A stretch of DNA of 64,000 nt from an uncultured delta proteobacterium. GTDB taxonomy: Bacteria; Bdellovibrionota; FAC87; UBA2466. The DNA is taken from NCBI GenBank assembly GCA_963778115.1, contig CAVZSV010000004.1:2432001-2496000 (forward strand), read 5' to 3'. A program made the translations under genes and the position numbers. This document shows positions 30,399 to 38,269 of this stretch, piece after piece. The notes under the pieces are model-generated. The model was not told the origin of the DNA, did no database searches, and saw only the letters and a program-made list of their open reading frames with translations. The first letter of the stretch is position 1. Each line of letters begins with the position of its first letter.

Positions 30399-31294
30399 CT
30401 ATGCCGCTTGGTGTGTTTGGGCGTGTTTGGCCATAATCGCCCACACCATGCGAGCATTCTTGTTCGCCACTGCGACGCAAGCTTTATTAAATCCTTTTTC
30501 CTTAAACTTTTTCGAAGCCCACTGGTGTATTGGGTCGTTGTGTTTATCGGCGCCCCTAACGACACTTCGACCGCCGTGAATAAGCAGTTGGCGTACCACA
30601 CAAGATCGTAACGCTATTGCAGTAATTATGCCGACACCGGATACCTTCATTAGGCTCTGCAGATCTCGTCGGCTTTAGCGAATTGGGTTAATTCCTGGTC
30701 AACAGACTTTATATCCTCGTCGACATCCTTCAATCGTCGTAAACAACGCTCGAGATATCTATTGAGTTTTGGAACCTTCGGCGGGGATTCTAAACTCAAG
30801 AAGGCTCGAACCTCGGAAATAACCTTCAATGCTCCCTGAGAGAAGCAAAGTCCGTATTCAAAAGCCATCCCTCTCATTGCATTGATTATCTCTGTCCGGC
30901 AAGCAACTAGACTTTCTCGTTCTCGCAAAGAAAGTTGCAGATTCTGATGGTCAATACTCTTTAGCGCGACTTTAGGTAGCTTCGGCCGTCTTGCGGCCTC
31001 GCAGATTGCCCAGCTATCGTTAGCATCGTTCTTGTCACCTCTTCGGTACGGTTTTACGTACTGAGGCGCAATCATCATTACTTCAATTCCCGCTTCCTGA
31101 AATTGCCGGCCCCAATAATGCGCTCCTCCACAGGCCTCGAAGGCTACTTTCTTGGGCCTGGTCTGCAAAACCAGCTCCAGCAGCTTTCTCCGTGAGACCT
31201 TCCGATCCACGAGACAACGGCCTGACTCATCCTCACCGCGCACCCAAAAAATGTTCTTTGCCAAATCGATACCCATTAAGCTAACACCCTTCAT
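30399..31294 (-). pseudogene. IS110-family transposase/recombinase with a frameshift and internal deletion
   Basis: GIDLAKN, FEACGGAHYWGR, PQYVKPY, KNDANDS (DEDD domain). Frameshift near 30650, then GVGIITA, RQLLIHG and KACVAVANKNARMVWA. The GLxP...SGG segment is missing. Confidence 0.9.
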
Positions 31295-31484
31295 TGGATC
31301 CCCTTTCTTTCATTTGTTTGCAAACTACAAACTGACTCTTTGCGAGCCGTTTGGAAAGGGAGGGGTCCATACCATTGAGGAGAACGAGTCATTGTCAATC
31401 TCCTCGCAGTGGCGGAAGTACCGGGTTCTTTCTAAATGACGTTTGCGGTCGAGAACACCGTTGAGGGAAACCCAGAGGTAGGGT

Positions 31485-31935
31485 GCGGCGGCGGCATGGA
31501 ACGGTGCTAACCCACTCTTGCGCATCCCCACGCCAAAGGGCCGTAAACCCCCAAACCCAAAAAAAGAAAACCAATTTATCTGCCGCGCGACGGCAAAAAA
31601 ATAATCCCGGTCCGAGATCCGAAAATAAAGAGAAAAAAAACGAAAGCGCCAGCGACAGAACAATCTTCTCACTCCTCCGTCTTCATAACGGCCTCGCACA
31701 AAAGAAAGCAGGGACTCCTAGGAAGGCCCGTCTCAAATTACAGAACGAGGTCCATGCACTAGTCATCACCCAAGCACCAGCGTCGGAAGGTAAAACTTTT
31801 CCTGAGCGGAGCGACGGCACAGGTTAGACGTTCTTGAATAAACAACTCTTGCGCACCCCAACGCCAAAGGGACCGTAAGCCCCCCCCAAACCCAAAAATC
31901 CGAGAAGAAAGAGAAAAAAAATAGGATGCGTCGGA
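31485..31935 (+). repeat. Degenerate direct repeat, two copies about 330 bp apart
   Basis: ACTCTTGCGCA.CCC.ACGCCAAAGGG.CCGTAA.CCCCC.AAACCCAAAAA at about 31514 and 31844, each followed by ATCCGA.AA.AAAGAGAAAAAAAA. Confidence 0.75.
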
Positions 31936-32037
31936 CAAATTATGATTGACACGATTCGTCAAAGAATCGGGTTATGGGAGTCATGACTTGTCCGCTGGTA
32001 AATAAACCACGCTCCTCTTCGTTTCCTTCGACGCTAC

Positions 32038-32098
32038 GAGATTGTTTTTTGGGTAATCACCTGGGCTCCTCACATGATTCGAATCATGTTGCAGTGAC
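32038..32098 (-). repeat. REP-like repeat copy with a 19-bp internal insert
   Basis: Minus strand reads GTCACTGC-AACATGATTCGAATCATGT-GAGGAG...CAATCTC. Confidence 0.65.
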
Positions 32099-32165
32099 GT
32101 AAATACCGCAAAAAAAGTCACTCCAAAAACCCGTGGTAGAAATAGAACAACACGGAGGTTTGTAG

Positions 32166-32361
32166 GTGGAGACAAGATTTTATAGCGCTTTCTTTAAACG
32201 ATAGTGAGTTAGTAAGTCGATTTCGTCGGTCAGCAAAAGCCGAAAGAAAGATTCAAGCGCAGGTATTAGCGTACCTAGCTGTGATAGAGCAGCGAAAGAT
32301 TTTTGCGGTAGAAGGGTATTCTTCTTTGTGTTGGTTTTTAGTGAAGGAGATGGGGCTCACC
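32166..32361 (+). pseudogene. 5' fragment of a DUF222-like/HNH endonuclease family gene
   Basis: LNDSELVSRF...ERKIQAQVLAYLAVIEQRKIFAVEGYSSL..FLVKEMG resembles the N-terminus of multicopy HNH proteins of Bdellovibrionota/Myxococcota. The GTG after GGAGG is out of frame. Confidence 0.6.
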
Positions 32362-32664
32362 TTCTTTCAGGAAAAGGACGAAACCTCGGCTAGAGTGGTG
32401 TGGGATCAGATCGGTGACTGGATCTGGCAGGCAGGCTTCGCTCACCTCATGGACTGGCACCGCAATCTCGAAAAGGGCTGGGGTACTCTCAAAAACTACT
32501 TCCGTTTCCCTGTCACCACAGGCCTTTCGGAGGGCATTAATCGGGCTATCAAGGAGCTTAAATGGCAGGCCTATGGCTACAAAGACATGGAGTACTTCAA
32601 GCTTAAGATCCTCCAAAAGGTCGGTTACCTAAACTACCGATATTGTTTGATCGCAAACTTTTAA
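32362..32664 (+). pseudogene. 3' fragment of an ISL3-family transposase
   Basis: NYF..PVTTGLSEGINRAIKELKWQAYGYKDMEYFKLKI matches the ISL3 C-terminal motif. Confidence 0.85.
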
Positions 32665-32849
32665 GAGAAAGAGGCGAAGTACCGCCTAGCACCGCTGTAT
32701 TCTGACTAAACTTTTGACAGTGCGGCTAACTCTTTTAACGGCCGTAAGAAAATCCAAATCCGACAATTACGCCTGTATTCTGTGCACAAGTCCCATACGT
32801 AGGCTCTCCTTTTCCCTCTAAATTTTAAGCCTGACCATTTTGCGAAATA

Positions 32850-32865
32850 GGGCACCGCCATTGCA
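32850..32865 (+). promoter_or_regulatory. Putative sigma54 promoter
   Basis: GGGCAC-N5-TTGCA about 45 bp upstream of the ATG at 32910. Confidence 0.55.
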
Positions 32866-32909
32866 ATTCTCTGGGTTAGCACCTTGAGACGTGAGGATTG
32901 GGAGGCGCC

Positions 32910-33614
32910 ATGTTTAAACGACTCTTTCAACTTGGTTTTGTAGCAGCCCTAGTATCGGGCATCGTGATTTTCTTTATGTCCGAGAGTCCACTGGATACTT
33001 CGCAAACCGACGCTCAGGATTCAAGACCTAAAATGGGAGCTGTCGGCGCCGCTATCCAAATTCCGGCACATCGAATCTCCTCCAACAACGATTTCGCTGC
33101 GGTTCAAAACCAGATCCCCTCAGTGCAATCACCGCTAGCCACAGCCGATATTTATCTTAGAGCCCATTTGTCCGAATGGCATGTGCTGGACTACCACGAG
33201 CTTCGCCCCGAACCTACGGTAACTGCTTTGGGAACGACCGTAAAATACCAGGTTTTTCAAGACGGAATTCCCGTTGTGGATATGTCCATCGTGGTTCATG
33301 TTTTGGCCAACGGAAACGTAACGGCGGAATCTTCTTATCAACCGATTCCCAGAGTCGATCCTTCTGCTACGGGAATGGAGTTCGAAGACATCATCAGGAA
33401 TTTTTCGGATCAGTTCAGTGAAAACTCAGACGCCGATGCGCAATCCAATCGAGTGATCGCGCTTGACCACTCGCTCGGCAGACCCATCGGTCAGCTAGCT
33501 TATCAAGCTTTTCTGCTAGATCGAGATAGTGGAAATCCCGTGGAAGTCGTCTTTCGGGCGACTGACGGACAGATACTTCGCAAAACTCCTGGCCATTTTG
33601 CGGCGGCTCAGTAA
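32910..33614 (+). CDS. Membrane-anchored protein with FTP and PepSY-like propeptide domains, no catalytic domain
   Basis: N-terminal TM; TVKYQVFQDGIPVVDMSIVVHVLANGNV; LAYQAF...VVFRATDGQIL. GGAGG RBS. Confidence 0.6.
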   Translation: MFKRLFQLGFVAALVSGIVIFFMSESPLDTSQTDAQDSRPKMGAVGAAIQIPAHRISSNNDFAAVQNQIPSVQSPLATADIYLRAHLSEWHVLDYHELRPEPTVTALGTTVKYQVFQDGIPVVDMSIVVHVLANGNVTAESSYQPIPRVDPSATGMEFEDIIRNFSDQFSENSDADAQSNRVIALDHSLGRPIGQLAYQAFLLDRDSGNPVEVVFRATDGQILRKTPGHFAAAQ

Positions 33615-33729
33615 CTTCGTCTCGCTGTTTCTTCGAAAAAGCTGGGGATAATAAAGATCGTCCCTTCGGGACGTCCTCTGTGCACCCTCCCAGCCAATAG
33701 AACAAGCGAAGCGATCGCCGAAGGCGCTG

Positions 33730-34518
33730 CTACTTTAACGCCAAAGCATTCGTCGGAATATCTTTGGGCTCCGAGTTCTTACTCGTGAAGACCCGAACTT
33801 GAATTCCTTCTTTGTCTAGTTGATCGGCCGGGGTGTTTTGATTCTGTTGCCAGGTTAGGTCGGTGTGGCAGGTATAGGCACGATTAAACTGAGAGAGTTG
33901 AACGACATCGAATTGGCAGGGGAGCATTTCGCTTCCTTTTCTCTCCATCTGAACGGTGAACTTAAATCCATCGGCTTGAATATAGGCCCACGGAACTTCG
34001 TAGGTGCGGTTAATCTCTTGTGCTTGTCCGTTGCCGATAGGCCACCACTGTCCGCCTTCGGGGAGTAAAATCTTATTTCCATTGGGGAAGATGACTGAAA
34101 TTCTGACGTTAGAGATAGGCCGACTGGTTTCGCCGTTATTGTCCATCGTATAGCGCTGAATCGTAACAAAGGTGCGATAAGGATCTACTTTAGCCGGCGT
34201 AGCATTGATCCCATTATTATTAGTCGCGGTCGTTACCGGATTACTTACGGGAGCGGCCATGGGTGCCGAGGCCTGAGGTGCCGGAACTGCAGGATTTGAT
34301 TTAGCAAGGGGTTGAACCGTCGCTTTTGCTTTAGGAGTGGGAACTAACGTCGATGACTTAGTGGTGATTTCCGGAGTGGGACCCGCTGACTCGTTAGGGG
34401 CCAAAACCTGGGTAGTTCCGGGGGCATGATTTCCCGCCGGTAAACCATTCTCTGAATAAGCGCCGGGAATATAAACTACCAATCCTAAAATCACCGCTAC
34501 CAGTATCTTACGAATCAT
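33730..34518 (-). CDS. Secreted hypothetical protein with a P/A/T-rich linker and C-terminal beta domain
   Basis: GGAGGAGG RBS, signal peptide MIRKIL...AYS, low-complexity linker, one Cys pair. Confidence 0.75.
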   Translation of the reverse strand: MIRKILVAVILGLVVYIPGAYSENGLPAGNHAPGTTQVLAPNESAGPTPEITTKSSTLVPTPKAKATVQPLAKSNPAVPAPQASAPMAAPVSNPVTTATNNNGINATPAKVDPYRTFVTIQRYTMDNNGETSRPISNVRISVIFPNGNKILLPEGGQWWPIGNGQAQEINRTYEVPWAYIQADGFKFTVQMERKGSEMLPCQFDVVQLSQFNRAYTCHTDLTWQQNQNTPADQLDKEGIQVRVFTSKNSEPKDIPTNALALK

Positions 34519-34778
34519 CGAACTTCCTCCTCCAGAACAAACTTTTGGGTAACCATTTTTTGTCGGGAGGCAAAGCCAAGAAGGCTTGATACTCGCGACG
34601 CAAAAACTCCACTGGAAACTTAAGCAATTCACGTTCCAAAGATTGCAGCTTTGGAGACCGTCAAACGACTCACCAGCAGTGACAAGTTTTGTTTCTCGAA
34701 GTGACCAAATGGGGCGGAAATCAAACGAAGTCGTTCCTTTTTTGGGCGCATTTAGCTAAGAAATCGACGCCCGGTTTC

Positions 34779-34793
34779 TGGCACGTTACTTGT
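34779..34793 (+). promoter_or_regulatory. Putative sigma54 promoter
   Basis: TGGCAC-GTTAC-TTGT upstream of the GAGGAGG RBS and ATG at 34826. Confidence 0.55.
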
Positions 34794-34825
34794 ATTTATA
34801 GCCCTTGGGTTGAGGAGGAGCGCGC

Positions 34826-35446
34826 ATGAATACAAGCAGTGAAGCGAAAGTATACGGAACGAAGCGGATGAGAAATATTTATCGAGAACTGATGGAATCG
34901 AAAACTTTAGATGCTCCGATTTGGAAATTGGCAAAGGCTTATAGTTGGACGATTGCCGTCATCATCGGGTTAGCAATGCTCGCCACTTCGAGCAGTGGTC
35001 CCGCTTCATTGTGGGCGCATCTATTTGCGCTAAGAGGAAAGCCTACGAGTTCAAATATCTTTAACCGAAGCATCGCTTCAATGGCGTTTCCCCAGGTTTC
35101 AACCGAAAGTGACACCGATGATATCATCTCTAATTACACTACCTACTTAAGATTCGTTCTAGAAGTTGGTAGTCAAACCGATTCGCGAACGGCCCAGCGT
35201 CTGGCACAGACTTTCGAAAAGCTTCGTGGTCACTATCCACAAGGTGCCGCTCTCTTTCTTAAGGGGCTGCGCTTTGAAATGATACAGAAAGAGGAGTTCA
35301 TGGGAGCAAGTCCCGCGGCACTCTCAAGCAGCTCCCCTGAAATGCGTCGTTGGGTAGGCAAGTTCATGAAGGATTGGTTGCGAGAGTGTGACGAACAGCT
35401 TTTCCGCTCGGTTGCTTTGGCGCGCAGTTCAAGAAACAGCGACTAA
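34826..35446 (+). CDS. Hypothetical single-TM protein
   Basis: Strong RBS, 206-aa ORF, one hydrophobic segment. Confidence 0.7.
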   Translation: MNTSSEAKVYGTKRMRNIYRELMESKTLDAPIWKLAKAYSWTIAVIIGLAMLATSSSGPASLWAHLFALRGKPTSSNIFNRSIASMAFPQVSTESDTDDIISNYTTYLRFVLEVGSQTDSRTAQRLAQTFEKLRGHYPQGAALFLKGLRFEMIQKEEFMGASPAALSSSSPEMRRWVGKFMKDWLRECDEQLFRSVALARSSRNSD

Positions 35447-35478
35447 TTTTGAAATAGCCTCCAAAATAGATTAGCTTC

Positions 35479-36444
35479 TTGTCACTCGTGCGAGTGGCCT
35501 TAATACATAACGCTAAATTCCCGGTCGCGGGATATGGGGGGACGGAACGCGTCGTATGGTGGCTGGCTAAAGGGCTAAATGCTTTAGGTCATCAAGTGAT
35601 ACTCGTCTGTGAACCCGGAAGCAGCTGCCCGTTTGCTCAAATAAAGACGATTGATTTTTCTCTGCCGGTCGAAGGGCAATTGCCTCGAGCGGATCTCTAC
35701 CACTATTTTAATACGCCCCCTTGTGAACCTAAGTCGCCGTATGTAGTGACGATTGGGGGGAATGGTCGTTTTGGAGAGACTTATCTGCCCAATACGGCTT
35801 TTGTCAGTCATAACCAGGCCGCCCGTCATGGGGCTCAGTGTTATGTGCACAACGGCCTCGATCCCGACGAGTATGAGTTTGAAAGCACCAAATCGTCCTT
35901 TTTTCTGTTTTTGGCCAAGGCTTCTTGGAAGGTGAAAAACGTGCAGGGGGCGATCCAATTGACCCGAGCGCATGGGGGAGAGCTTAAAATTATTGGTGGC
36001 TCGCGCCCCTGGCTTCCCCACTGGCGAGGGGTGTATTGGGAGGGTGTTTTGGCGGGGCCGCGGAAAGCCAAGATCGTCGCCCACGCGCGGGCACTGCTTA
36101 ATCCGATTCAATGGAACGAACCTTTTGGATTGGCGGTAATCGAAGCCATGGTCAGTGGAACTCCCGTTATCGCTTCGCGTCGAGGGTCGATGGCTGAGAT
36201 CGTAAATTCCGACACGGGTCGCCTGTGTGAGAGTAAAGATGAATTTCTTGCGGCGATGGGAGAGATAACTACGCTTTCCCCTGATCGCTGCCGAGACAGG
36301 GTGCTCAGTCTATTTCACTTTAAGAAGATGGCGGAATCTTACACGGGCTTGTACGAGAAGGTCCTAAGCGGCAAACGTTTGAACGAAGGCGATCTTTGCG
36401 CCACCGAGCCGCCCGAAAAGCTTATTCCACTTACCGGTTTTTGA
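35479..36444 (+). CDS. Glycosyltransferase family 4
   Basis: YGGTERVV, VHNGLD, EPFGLAVIEAMVSGTPVI. Confidence 0.92.
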   Translation: MSLVRVALIHNAKFPVAGYGGTERVVWWLAKGLNALGHQVILVCEPGSSCPFAQIKTIDFSLPVEGQLPRADLYHYFNTPPCEPKSPYVVTIGGNGRFGETYLPNTAFVSHNQAARHGAQCYVHNGLDPDEYEFESTKSSFFLFLAKASWKVKNVQGAIQLTRAHGGELKIIGGSRPWLPHWRGVYWEGVLAGPRKAKIVAHARALLNPIQWNEPFGLAVIEAMVSGTPVIASRRGSMAEIVNSDTGRLCESKDEFLAAMGEITTLSPDRCRDRVLSLFHFKKMAESYTGLYEKVLSGKRLNEGDLCATEPPEKLIPLTGF

Positions 36445-36457
36445 AAAAACGGGTGGG

Positions 36458-37006
36458 CTACTCTAAGAGGGATTCGGGATCGGTGAGGTCCCCCAATTTT
36501 GACCACTGAAATTCTTTGGCTTCTTCATTGAAAATTTGGCATTCGTGCACTGGGGCGGCGAAAAGATGGACGCTCACTGCCGGTTTAGAAAAGGGGTTGG
36601 AGATCTCATGAATTCCGATGTCATCATCGATATAAGAGGTCTCTCCGGCGGTTCGTGTCTCTATGGGGCCGCAGGGAATCAGATCGTTTGATTTCGGTTT
36701 GATGGGTTTAAAGCCTTGAACGGCGAGTTTTCCCGAAATGACCGTCATCCAGCAACGTTGTCCCGCGTGGTCGTGGATGGGAGTCTTTTGTTTGGGTAAC
36801 CATGTCAGTACCAGAAGCTCGTAAGCGGAGTTCCCCGATACCAAATTGCGTCCGTAGGTCTCTTCTCGAAAGAATATGAACGGGGCGAACTCATCTTGAT
36901 GAATATGATGATCTCTAAGAAAATTACCGATCAAGTCACCTTTAAAGTCAGCCGCTTTTCTTTGATCGAGAAAGCGAAGGAAATCTTTCAGCGTGGTGCT
37001 TTTCAT
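36458..37006 (-). CDS. Cysteine dioxygenase-family protein
   Basis: YGRNLV, TPIHDH...C, GIHEISNP, AVSVHLF. Confidence 0.85.
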   Translation of the reverse strand: MKSTTLKDFLRFLDQRKAADFKGDLIGNFLRDHHIHQDEFAPFIFFREETYGRNLVSGNSAYELLVLTWLPKQKTPIHDHAGQRCWMTVISGKLAVQGFKPIKPKSNDLIPCGPIETRTAGETSYIDDDIGIHEISNPFSKPAVSVHLFAAPVHECQIFNEEAKEFQWSKLGDLTDPESLLE

Positions 37007-37287
37007 GTTGGATGCAGGTTGCCCTCGTCCCTGTAAGAATCAGCTAAGATTTGGGGAGCGCTTGACGCCAATTGTCGATTTTCAAATCTTGAAAGGACAA
37101 GACAATCTTTGTTTTTCCCCCGTTTCCCAACACTAGCACAATCCCGACCGATTTGCCCATAGTCTCAATTGTCCCGATTTAAGGCGATGACGGCAGGCGG
37201 CGGTTGAGGTAACAACGGCTTGCGAATACAGGATTTGCCGCTTAGAATCTGGCCTTTTGGCCAGTTTGAGGCGGAAAAGGAGAAGTC

Positions 37288-38214
37288 ATGACGGTCAGTA
37301 CTCCCAAAGGCTATACGAAGGAACTCTTGGTCCTTCCCTTCGATCACCGGAACTCTTTCCAAGAAAAGATGTTCGGTATCAAAGGGACGCCTACCCCGGA
37401 GCAGACCCGGCTCATCGCCTCCTATAAGATGATGATTTACGAAGGGTTTGAAAAGGCCGTTCAGTCAGGCCTTCCCAAAGAAGACATGGGAATTCTGACA
37501 GACGAGCAATTTGGCGCCGAAGTCTTGGAGCGTGCCCGTAAGAACGGCTTCACCACAAGCCTTTGTGTGGAAAAGAGCGGGCAGGACGAATTTGATTTTG
37601 AATACGGCAAGGACTACGGGGCCCATATCGATAAGTTTAAGCCGACCCTCGTAAAAGTCCTGGTCCGGTACAACACGGAAAGTGATAAAGCGGCCAATAG
37701 CCGTCAGGCTGCCCGTCTGGCGGATCTGGGAAATTTTCTCGAGCGCGGTGGTTACAAATACATGTTCGAGCTCTTAGTTCCGGCGACACCAGCGCAACTC
37801 GAACGGTGTCAGGGAAATAAGGCGACGTTTGATGTGGAGATGCGTCCTCAGCTAATGATAGGGGCCATTCAAGAATTGCAGAATGCGGGTGTCGAACCTG
37901 ATGTTTGGAAGCTCGAGGGGCTCGATCGCCGCGAGGACTGTGTACGGGTTTGCGATGCCGCTCGAGCTGGAGGACGAGATAAAGTGGGGGTCATCGTGTT
38001 GGGTCGCGGCGAAAATGAGCAGAAAGTGAAGGAATGGCTTCGGGTCGGAGCGAATGTCCGAGGAGTCATTGGATTTGCGGTGGGCAGGACCGTTTTTTGG
38101 GAGCCTCTTAAAGGCTTCATGGACAAGAAACTGACTCGTGAGCAAGCGATCGACCAAATGGCGACCACCTACGGTGGATTCTGCCGCCTATGGCTTTCGG
38201 CGCGCGCCAATTAA
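37288..38214 (+). CDS. DUF2090 / IolC C-terminal-type class I aldolase
   Basis: LPFDHR, KVLVRYN, FELLVP, PDVWKLEG, IVLGRG, GFAVGRT. Confidence 0.85.
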   Translation: MTVSTPKGYTKELLVLPFDHRNSFQEKMFGIKGTPTPEQTRLIASYKMMIYEGFEKAVQSGLPKEDMGILTDEQFGAEVLERARKNGFTTSLCVEKSGQDEFDFEYGKDYGAHIDKFKPTLVKVLVRYNTESDKAANSRQAARLADLGNFLERGGYKYMFELLVPATPAQLERCQGNKATFDVEMRPQLMIGAIQELQNAGVEPDVWKLEGLDRREDCVRVCDAARAGGRDKVGVIVLGRGENEQKVKEWLRVGANVRGVIGFAVGRTVFWEPLKGFMDKKLTREQAIDQMATTYGGFCRLWLSARAN

Positions 38215-38269
38215 ATTCATGCGCGCTTCACGCGAATGAATCTCGTGTTAACACCGACACGGGCTGACT

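Larger units (their letters stand above)
30169..31377 (-). mobile_element. IS110-family insertion sequence, IS1111 type (degenerate)
   Basis: Subterminal inverted repeat TATGGACCCCTC (30171-30182) / GAGGGGTCCATA (31360-31371). Left end CAATGGT|ATGGAC and right end GTCCAT|ATA show the 7 bp/3 bp offsets typical of IS1111. No target duplication; long non-coding region downstream of tnp. Confidence 0.92.

Noticed and set aside
30209..30436. 75-aa ORF in the IS right end
   Set aside because: The region is better explained as the structured non-coding guide RNA.
31325..31827. ORFs 31325-31699 (-) and 31483-31827 (+)
   Set aside because: Products of low-complexity A/C tracts, crossing the IS end or repeats, with no protein-like features.
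31414..32037. Possible CRISPR array
   Set aside because: Only two degenerate copies, no regular repeat-spacer period, and no cas genes in the window.
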